Below, piece by piece: positions 42,242-48,970 of a DNA stretch of 48,970 nt. Made by a program: the position numbers and the translations under genes. The stretch is from Minisyncoccota bacterium (GTDB lineage: Bacteria > Patescibacteriota > Minisyncoccia > Phycocordibacterales > UBA12079). The notes below the pieces were generated by a model. The model made no database searches. It saw only the letters and a list, made by a program, of their open reading frames with translations, and was not told where the DNA came from. The stretch's first letter is position 1, and each line of letters opens with the position of its first letter. The stretch is from assembly GCA_028689435.1 (NCBI GenBank), contig JAQTWD010000002.1, forward strand, positions 1 to 48,970, in the 5' to 3' direction.

Positions 42242-42328
42242 CGGAAGTGGGAGGATTCGAACCCCCGATGCGGTTTCCCGCATGTCGCTTTTCGAAAGCG
42301 ATGCCTTCAGCCACTCAGCCACACTTCC
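42242..42328 (-). tRNA. tRNA-Ser (CGA)
   Basis: GGAAGTGTGGCTGAGTGGCTGAAGGCATCGCTTTCGAAAAGCGACATGCGGGAAACCGCATCGGGGGTTCGAATCCTCCCACTTCCG. Long variable arm and anticodon loop TTCGAAA. Confidence 0.9.
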
Positions 42329-42456
42329 AACGCCAACCAGTGTAACATTTTTTTGCATTTTTTAAAAAAATTGGTATAATTTTAACCGTTAATTTACAAG
42401 TCTTAATATTATAAAATTGTTTAAAAATTAAAAATTGTAAGTTAAAAATTAAATCT

Positions 42457-42600
42457 GGCCCCATCGTCTAGTGGGTACAGGAATGAAAAACAAACTGCTT
42501 TGTTTTTCATCCGGTTCTGAGCGAAGCGAAGAAATTTCCGTTATGAGCTTTAGCGAATAGGAAATAGGCAGGTTTTCAAAACCTGCTGTCTCAGAAAGCT
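42457..42600 (+). pseudogene. tRNA-Glu-derived partial copy interleaved with hairpin modules
   Basis: GGCCCCATCGTCTAGTGG (42457-42474) matches the real 5' end (42633-42650). GCAGGTTTTCAA (42568-42579) matches the anticodon arm (42659-42670). No T-arm or 3' acceptor strand is present. Confidence 0.55.
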
Positions 42601-42632
42601 CGAAAGCAGAATATGTTTGAAAATAATATAAT

Positions 42633-42704
42633 GGCCCCATCGTCTAGTGGTTAGGACAGCAGGTTTTCAATCTGTTAACCAGAGTTCAATTCTCTGTGGG
42701 GTCA
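42633..42704 (+). tRNA. tRNA-Glu (UUC)
   Basis: GGCCCCATCGTCTAGTGGTTAGGACAGCAGGTTTTCAATCTGTTAACCAGAGTTCAATTCTCTGTGGGGTCA. Anticodon loop TTTTCAA. Confidence 0.9.
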
Positions 42705-43023
42705 CAAATCGCAAAAACTGAAACACCAATCTGAATAAGATTGGTGTTTCAGTTTTTAGAAAAGCAAACAGTTTTGCTTTTCGGTGATTTGTGAAGGCGC
42801 AGGCATATTTTTATTTTGCACAACAAAATAAAAAAGCCGAGCCGAGGTCGACAAGTACTTAGATATTTTTAAGTACGAAGTACGAAAAAAATATTTAGTA
42901 ACTTGTGACCACACAAAATTTGTATGCAAAGCATCCCTAACAAACAAAAGACTTAATGATTTTTGCTTTTCTAAAAACAAAAACCGCACAAACAGAAGTA
43001 GTTCTGTTTGTGCGGGTGGTGTT

Positions 43024-43518
43024 TTAGACCAAACTCATTCCCCAATAATCGTGGTATCCGACCCCTAATCCGTTCTCACAAATTATCTCTTGACCAGAAA
43101 AATTTGAAAATTTTCTTTTGTGGTCTGAGAGATTGTTTATGTAACTCAGGTTCGGATAATCTTTGTGAGTAAAATGAAAAGGTCCTCGACACCCGACAAA
43201 ATCTCGGCGGACTATTGCAGATTGCAATGCTAATTTTAAAAAAGGAATTACACGCTTGGGATACCGTCCTCCGTAGCTCATTGTCCAAACTGGAATGTCC
43301 TCAAACCAAATGGTCATAAATCCAGCTGACTTGTCGTTGAGGGGTGTAGTGCAATAATTATCCAGCACAGAAAATCTTCCAGATCCAAATGGGATAGTTT
43401 TATATCTTGGCAAAGCAGGAATTTGCTGTTTCTCAACATCCCCACTGCCCCAGCCCTGACATACTGCTTGCCAAAATATGTCTTCAATATTCTGGTGAGT
43501 TAAATCTATAATTTCCAT
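43024..43518 (-). CDS. DUF5680-like protein (G+C-richer island)
   Basis: GGAGGAGAG SD. The pattern D.Y....F.G...IW.....PVW.M.YGG....I.FLK.AL......RGP....DY....F.G.E.I matches my recollection of DUF5680. Confidence 0.5.
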   Translation of the reverse strand: MEIIDLTHQNIEDIFWQAVCQGWGSGDVEKQQIPALPRYKTIPFGSGRFSVLDNYCTTPLNDKSAGFMTIWFEDIPVWTMSYGGRYPKRVIPFLKLALQSAIVRRDFVGCRGPFHFTHKDYPNLSYINNLSDHKRKFSNFSGQEIICENGLGVGYHDYWGMSLV

Positions 43519-43997
43519 AAAATCTCTCCTCCTTCTTGTCGATGTTTTGTATTTAAAAAGACATTTTTTCTACAATATAAAATACCATACAAAAAACACT
43601 TCCGTCAATATAAGACTTCAAAATTTACCAAAATCTTGCTTCTGTAGATTTTGAAATAATACATACACAAAAACAAAAATCCTCTCAATTGAGAGGATTT
43701 TTGTTTTTGTGTAGGCTTGTGTCTAACAAGCCAATAAATTTTAATGTCTATTTTTTTCTGCCTGAAAAAATATAAACATATCGTACTGTTTCCATATAAA
43801 AGAATATAACATTTTTTAAAAAAAGAAATGTGTATAACCGAGGTAAACATACTAATATACGAATGACACTAATAATACGAATACTATACAAATGTTGTAA
43901 TTTCGTATTCGTATTGCATTAGTATAATTCGTATCATTTGTATATTGGTATGTCTATCTTAAAATTTAAAAAAATGTATGATATTAACATCATGATT

Positions 43998-44112
43998 CCC
44001 GTTAGAGATCGCGGACACTTGCGGGGAATATTTAACAAAAGAAATTTATTAGAATTAATTTAAATAGATAGTATGCGAGATTTAACAAAGTCCGCGTCCT
44101 ATCTCTAACGGG
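43998..44112 (+). mobile_element. TIR element copy C (115 bp) abutting the tsaD start codon
   Basis: CCCGTTAGAGAT (43998-44009) pairs with ATCTCTAACGGG (44101-44112). Inner helix CGCGGAC/GTCCGCG. Flanks are ATGATT (43992-43997) and ATGAAA (44113-44118). Confidence 0.7.
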
Positions 44113-45348
44113 ATGAAAATATTGGCAATTGAGACATCTTGCGACGAGACAGCAATCAGCATAATTGAAGCAAAAGGAGGACTTAAAAAACCTCAATTCA
44201 AAATCTTGGCTGACACAGTTATCTCTCAAATAAATATCCACAAAGAATATGGAGGTGTCTTCCCCGCTCTTGCAAAAAGAGAACACGTAAAGAACTTACT
44301 TCCGATATTAGGGGAAACTTTGAAGAAAGCGAAGATGCTATCATTTGAAAAAAATCACAAAACACAAATTACAAATTACAAACAAAACACAAAATACAAA
44401 ACACAAATTACAAAAATCAAAAAAATTTTAGAAAGAGAGGTTGAAATGGTTGAGCCTTTGTTAGATTTTTTAAAAAATAACAAAATACCAAAAATAGATG
44501 CAATCGCTGTGACACAGGGGCCAGGACTAGAGCCTGCTCTTTGGACAGGAATAAATTTTGCAAAGGCTTTGGCGTTGGCGTGGGACAAACCTTTTATTCC
44601 TGTTAATCATATGGAAGGACACCTCGTCGCTTCGCTCCTCAAGTTAAAAGTAACAAGTAGCAAGTATAAAGGAGTTGAGTTTCCTGCTCTTGGTTTATTG
44701 ATAAGCGGAGGTCATACAGAGTTAATAATGGTTAAAGATTGGATGGATTATAAATTGATCGGTCAAACCAGAGACGATGCTGTCGGAGAAGCTTATGACA
44801 AGGTAGCAAGAATGCTTGGCCTTCCCTACCCAGGTGGTCCTGAAATATCAAAACTCTCCGAAGAATTTTCTAAAAACTACTCACTACCCACTACTCACTA
44901 CCCACTACCCCGTCCAATGCTTCATACAAACGATTTTGATTTTTCTTTTTCCGGATTAAAAACGGCTGTTTTGTATACCGTTAAAAATATTAAAAACCAT
45001 GCCTACCGGCAGGCAGGAATGACACCCGAAATCAAAAAAGAAATTTGTGCAGAATTTGAAAATGCGGTTGTTGATGTTTTGCTTTTTAAAACGAAAAAGG
45101 CTGTTGCAAAAAATAATATAAAGACATTGATTTTGGGAGGTGGTGTAACCGCAAATAAAAAAATACGAAAAGAATTTAAAAAATTGGAAAAAGAATTAGG
45201 TATTGATGTTTTAGTACCAGATGCAAAACATTCTACCGACAATGCTGTGATGATAGGAATTGCAGGTTATTTTAGATATTTAGATAACAAGGTTCTACTA
45301 CCAAACAAAACAGCAAAGATCAGAGCAGAAGGAAATTTGGCATTATAA
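44113..45348 (+). CDS. tsaD: tRNA N6-adenosine threonylcarbamoyltransferase TsaD, with four in-frame low-complexity insertions
   Basis: IETSCDET, HMEGH, SGGHT, GLPYPGGP and FSFSGLKT motifs. 411 aa versus about 340 aa typical. Confidence 0.9.
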   Translation: MKILAIETSCDETAISIIEAKGGLKKPQFKILADTVISQINIHKEYGGVFPALAKREHVKNLLPILGETLKKAKMLSFEKNHKTQITNYKQNTKYKTQITKIKKILEREVEMVEPLLDFLKNNKIPKIDAIAVTQGPGLEPALWTGINFAKALALAWDKPFIPVNHMEGHLVASLLKLKVTSSKYKGVEFPALGLLISGGHTELIMVKDWMDYKLIGQTRDDAVGEAYDKVARMLGLPYPGGPEISKLSEEFSKNYSLPTTHYPLPRPMLHTNDFDFSFSGLKTAVLYTVKNIKNHAYRQAGMTPEIKKEICAEFENAVVDVLLFKTKKAVAKNNIKTLILGGGVTANKKIRKEFKKLEKELGIDVLVPDAKHSTDNAVMIGIAGYFRYLDNKVLLPNKTAKIRAEGNLAL

Positions 45349-45373
45349 AAACCCTCCAAAAAGGAGGGTTTTT
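45347..45373. terminator. bidirectional terminator between tsaD and the 72-aa gene
   Basis: AAAAACCCTCC-AAAA-AGGAGGGTTTTT. Confidence 0.7.
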
Positions 45374-45387
45374 CTGTGCAAAAAACA

Positions 45388-45606
45388 TTATTGTACTTTG
45401 GCCAATTCGGCGACACCTACATCTGTTAAAGAAACCACCCCACCAGAGATTTTAACTGTCTTTTTGAGATCTTGCATATCTCGAATCACGGCACTTGCAA
45501 AACCAGCACTCCATCCTAGCGAATGGGCAATATTTTCAATATAAGCTTCCCCATTATTATTTTTTAAATATTTTGCTACTTCATGCCCAGAACTGCCTTT
45601 ATTCAT
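45388..45606 (-). CDS. 72-aa hypothetical protein, possibly a winged-helix DNA-binding protein
   Basis: ORF with a weak AAGGAAA SD. Helix-turn-helix-like segment YIENIAHSLGWSAGFASAVIRDM. Not a firm assignment. Confidence 0.3.
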   Translation of the reverse strand: MNKGSSGHEVAKYLKNNNGEAYIENIAHSLGWSAGFASAVIRDMQDLKKTVKISGGVVSLTDVGVAELAKVQ

Positions 45607-45772
45607 GTTTTGTTTCCTTTTCTAGAATTATTAAAATAAACAAATACCTTCAACAAGATTACGCAAAATTTTCTTTTATGTCAATTAAATCTGAGACAAA
45701 TCTAAGTTTTTTAATATTTGTATCGCATTCGTATAATTCGCAAAATTCGTATATTTGTATGTCTATTTTTGC

Positions 45773-45800
45773 TTGACAAAAAATGACTGCTTGCTACAAT
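45773..45800 (+). promoter_or_regulatory. near-consensus promoter of a candidate small RNA
   Basis: TTGACA, 16-nt spacer, TACAAT. Confidence 0.55.
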
Positions 45801-45805
45801 ATGGG

Positions 45806-45931
45806 TGAGAGAGGAAGAAATAAAAACTAAACTTTCGCTCTCACCAGTCCTTTTCAGCTCATTTCGGATCCCAGTTGCTTAGCAACACAGGATCCACACA
45901 CATATAGCACCACTCACGTGGTGCTTTTTTT
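45806..45931 (+). ncRNA. candidate ~125-nt small RNA
   Basis: Bounded by the promoter above and the terminator AGCACCAC-TCAC-GTGGTGCT plus T7. Internal hairpins GTGAGAG(A)G...CGCTCTCAC and GGATCC...GTTGC-TTA-GCAAC...GGATCC. No ORF. Not recognisable as SRP, 6S or tmRNA. Confidence 0.45.
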
Positions 45932-46187
45932 ATTGCATTATTATATATTTTAAAAATCTCATACCATCATTTTGCAAAATGACGGTATGAGATTTTTGTA
46001 CAAAAAGTTATTTAACAACTTCTACCTCAATAGCCACTACACCAAAACTTTTTTCATCTTTTGGTTTTGTAATTTGTTTTTTGTGATTTGTTTGGAATTT
46101 GTGTTTTGTGATTTTTGTTTGTATTTTTATCAGCCGTTAATATTTCTGCTTTTCTGAGAACAATTATTAATACAGGAAGCAAATTTT

Positions 46188-47354
46188 TTATATACTTTCC
46201 TTTATCATATCAACAACATAATCAATATCTTTTTCTGTTGTACTTTTTCCCAAATTAAATCTCAAAGAATTGCCCATACCATTACCCAATGCTTCTACTA
46301 CATAAGAGGCGCTTTTTATTTTCCCCATACACGCACTCTTTGAAGAACAAGCAATTCCTTTTGCATCTAACTTTATTATCATATATTCGCTATCAATATT
46401 TGGAATAGAAATATTTACATTACTTGGAATTCTTTCAACACTACTTCCGTTTAAAACAGACCCAGGAATTTCTGCCAAAATTCTATCGATAAATTTATCT
46501 CTCAATTTTGTTAGCCTCTCTGATTCTGTTACCCTTTCTTCATCGGCAAGCTCCAAAGCTTTTGCCAAACCAACAACCAAAGGAATATTTTCTGTCCCAG
46601 CACGAAGTCCCATTTCCTGACTACCTCCTGCCAACAAGGGATTGATTTCAACACCCCTCTTTTTAAACAAAGCCCCTACCCCTTTTGGTCCATAGATTTT
46701 TTGTCCGTCTATTGTCAGCATATCCACACCCAAACTATGCACATCCAATTTCAAATACAAAGGTGCCTGACTAGCGTCACTATGTAAAATTATTTTTGTT
46801 TTATTGTCGCGATTAAAGTCCTTTATAATATGTGCTATTTTTGAAATCGGCTGAATTGTTCCTATCTCGTTGTTTACACACATTACAGAAACAAAAACTG
46901 TCTCGGGAGTAAGCAATTTTCTAAATTGTTTTAAATCAACAATCCCCTCTTTATCAATATCAATATAAGAAACTTTTATACCTTTTCTTTCAAAACGTGC
47001 AAACCAAGCAAGAATAGACGGATGCTCCATCTTTGTTGTAATAATGTGCATTTTTTTAAAGTCGGCTCCGTTTTCCTCCAATTTGTCCAGAAAACCAAAA
47101 ATCGCCAGCGAGTTTGATTCTGTTCCACTCGCAGTAAAGATTACTTCGTCACTGTGACATTTTAAAATCTGAGAAATCTTTTTTCTTGATTCATCTAGCG
47201 CTTTTTTGGCTTCTACTCCAAATTTGTGAATTGTCCCTGGATTTCCAAATTTTTCATTCCAATAAGGTTGCATTACCTTTAAAACTTCTTTTCTAACAGG
47301 CGTAGTTGTAGCGTGATCCAAAAAAACTCTTCTTTCTTTCTTTTTAAAAAACAT
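46188..47354 (-). CDS. cysteine desulfurase (NifS/IscS family, PLP-dependent)
   Basis: TASGTESN, HSDASQA, IDGQKIYGPKG (PLP lysine), SSKSAC (active-site Cys). Confidence 0.85.
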   Translation of the reverse strand: MFFKKKERRVFLDHATTTPVRKEVLKVMQPYWNEKFGNPGTIHKFGVEAKKALDESRKKISQILKCHSDEVIFTASGTESNSLAIFGFLDKLEENGADFKKMHIITTKMEHPSILAWFARFERKGIKVSYIDIDKEGIVDLKQFRKLLTPETVFVSVMCVNNEIGTIQPISKIAHIIKDFNRDNKTKIILHSDASQAPLYLKLDVHSLGVDMLTIDGQKIYGPKGVGALFKKRGVEINPLLAGGSQEMGLRAGTENIPLVVGLAKALELADEERVTESERLTKLRDKFIDRILAEIPGSVLNGSSVERIPSNVNISIPNIDSEYMIIKLDAKGIACSSKSACMGKIKSASYVVEALGNGMGNSLRFNLGKSTTEKDIDYVVDMIKESI

Positions 47355-47409
47355 AATTTATCTTTTCAATCTGAATAATATATAATTACAGCAATTATTA
47401 CATAAAATT

Positions 47410-48970
47410 ATGACTGAATCAAAAAAATACAAAGAATTTATATTTCATGGATTTAACATAGATAAAAATAATAATAAAATAGTATTTTATTATTCTTTTG
47501 ACGACAAAATCTATTTTAATCCAGAAATAAGAGTAAATTTAAGCAAAGTTAAAAATACATCAAAAATTGCATCAACTGTATTTAATTTAGGTATGGCAGA
47601 ATTACCCAGTTTCTATAAAGCATATTGCCCCCCCAAAATTACGATAAAAGCTGGACACCTAAATAAAGATCAAATAAAGTTCTGGAAAAATCTTTATGAA
47701 AAAGGTTTGGGTGAATTTTTCTACAAAAATAAAATTGATTTCAGAAACCTAATAAAAATAAAAGTTGATTCAAAAGCACCAAAATTTAGAAATAACGATA
47801 AAATCACAGGAGAAAAAATCTTACTCCCAATTGGAGGAGGAAAAGATAGCATTGTAAGTGCAGAAATGTTAAGAGAAAAAGGTTTTGATTTTACGTGGTT
47901 TGCTATTGAACCAAATCAAGCAACAAAAAATGTGATAAAAAAATCAAAGAACAATAAAAAAATATTTCTTCGCAGGGATATTCAAAAAAATTTTAAAAAA
48001 ATTATAGAAATAAATAAACAAGGCGCTTATAACGGACATGTTCCAATCTCTTCCGTTTATGCATTCAGTGCTATTTTGGTTGCCCAAATTCATAATTTTA
48101 AATATATAATTCTTTCAAACGAAAGGAGTGCTAACACGGGAAATTTGAGATATTTAGGAAAAGAAATAAACCACCAATATTCAAAAAGCTTGGAATTTGA
48201 AAAATCAGTAAACAAATATATAGAGAAATATATTTCTAAAGACATCTACTATTTTTCATTTTTAAGAAATATTTATGATATTCAGGTTATGGAAAAATTT
48301 TCTCATTACCATCAATATTTTTCGGAATTTTTAAGTTGTAACCCTGGGCTAAAAACAAATAAATGGTGTGGAAAATGTGCAAAATGTGCCTTTGTCTTTG
48401 CGGGACTAAGTGCTTTTGAAGATCCAAAAACGGTTGAAAAAAATTTTAAAAAAAATCTTTTCAATGACAAAAATCTTCTTCCTTTATTTAAAGAACTGGT
48501 AGGTCAAAAAAACAATAAACCTTTTGATTGTGTTGGAACCGTAGAGGAAAGTCTTTTGGCTTTGAACATGGCAAAGCAAAAATACAAAAAACTTCCAATT
48601 ATATTAAAAAAAATAAATACAAAAGAAGCAGAAAAATACAAAAATATTCTTTCCTCCACCACAAAAGAACATCTAATCCCTGAAAAATTTTTGAAAGAGA
48701 AAATCGCAATAGCAGGATTTGGATTAGAAGGAAAAGCCCTGTATGAATATTTTAAAAAACAACCTAATGTGGAAATTCACATTTTTGACGAAACTAATTT
48801 AAAAAATCAGTCACCAGCTAAAGTAGTTTTTCATGACAAATTAGATATTCCCGCTGAATTCAAAGTTGTATACAAATCTCCAGGAATTCCTACAAACAAA
48901 TTAAAGCTCAAATCAAAAAATACCGAAATATCCAGCCTCACAAATCTCTTTTTAGAAAAAACAAAAGGAA
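47410..48970 (+). CDS. fusion of a PP-loop ATPase-like domain (MurL-like?) with the MurD ligase N-terminus; 3'-truncated by the window edge
   Basis: Open frame from ATG 47410 to the window end; it is absent from the ORF track, presumably because no stop lies in the window. LPIGGGKDS PP-loop, WCGKCAKCAF Cys cluster, then IAIAGFGLEGKALYEYF...VYKSPGIP, typical of the MurD N-terminal domain. Confidence 0.65.
   Translation, partial: MTESKKYKEFIFHGFNIDKNNNKIVFYYSFDDKIYFNPEIRVNLSKVKNTSKIASTVFNLGMAELPSFYKAYCPPKITIKAGHLNKDQIKFWKNLYEKGLGEFFYKNKIDFRNLIKIKVDSKAPKFRNNDKITGEKILLPIGGGKDSIVSAEMLREKGFDFTWFAIEPNQATKNVIKKSKNNKKIFLRRDIQKNFKKIIEINKQGAYNGHVPISSVYAFSAILVAQIHNFKYIILSNERSANTGNLRYLGKEINHQYSKSLEFEKSVNKYIEKYISKDIYYFSFLRNIYDIQVMEKFSHYHQYFSEFLSCNPGLKTNKWCGKCAKCAFVFAGLSAFEDPKTVEKNFKKNLFNDKNLLPLFKELVGQKNNKPFDCVGTVEESLLALNMAKQKYKKLPIILKKINTKEAEKYKNILSSTTKEHLIPEKFLKEKIAIAGFGLEGKALYEYFKKQPNVEIHIFDETNLKNQSPAKVVFHDKLDIPAEFKVVYKSPGIPTNKLKLKSKNTEISSLTNLFLEKTKG

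Noticed and set aside
42756-42989. Small ORFs in AT-rich spacers: 42756-42989, 43605-43850, 44032-44286, 45495-45776 and 45972-46157.
   Set aside because: They overlap hairpin repeats, promoters, the TIR element or the candidate sRNA. They lack an RBS and have low-complexity composition typical of random AT-rich ORFs.

Overview
AT-rich, gene-dense bacterial window. By gene content and style it resembles a small-genome CPR/Patescibacteria-type organism; this is an inference and no database search was possible.

Core content:
- Cell envelope and division: ftsW, murG, ftsA, ftsZ, lepB, an S41 protease, an M23 peptidase, and a PP-loop/MurD fusion.
- Translation: gltX, cysS, rpmA, rplI, rpsU, ybeY, tsaD, and a HisRS-like paralogue.
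- DNA: dnaB, recR, rmuC.
- Other: corA, a P-type ATPase, trxB, pcm, tspO, and a cysteine desulfurase.
- RNA genes: four tRNAs (Phe-GAA, Arg-CCU, Ser-CGA, Glu-UUC) and an unusually long (~800 nt) RNase P RNA.

What the gene list does not explain is a pervasive layer of structured repeat and insertion elements:
1. A ~100-120 bp element with 12-13 bp terminal inverted repeats (CCCGTTAGAGAT...ATCTCTAACGGG) sits exactly at the start codons of lepB, ctpA and tsaD. It is flanked by direct duplications of the start codon plus following bases (ATGAAT, ATGAGT, ATGA). Each copy has a promoter placed to start transcription at or near the upstream ATG copy.
2. rnpB carries three long hairpin insertions that share a GTCGTTCCTCG...CGAGGAGCGAC closing stem.
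3. tsaD carries four in-frame insertions built from the same repeat 'words' seen in intergenic DNA and in the rnpB insertions.
4. A 20-nt palindrome (CCTGCCTGCCGGCAGGCAGG type) behaves as an indel within a duplicated tRNA-Phe segment.
5. The tRNA-Phe, tRNA-Ser and tRNA-Glu genes are each accompanied by partial self-copies interleaved with hairpin modules.
6. rmuC is bracketed by a 45-bp perfect inverted repeat, and tspO by ~140-165 bp direct repeats.

Separately, seven small G+C-rich islands stand out from the AT-rich housekeeping genes, which mostly lack a Shine-Dalgarno sequence. Each island has its own TTGACA-type promoter and a terminator, and all have a GGAGG/GAGGAG-type Shine-Dalgarno sequence. 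They encode orphan or membrane proteins, including an SPFH protein translationally coupled to a membrane-anchored partner.

RNA ends, promoters and functional ideas are inferences from sequence only.
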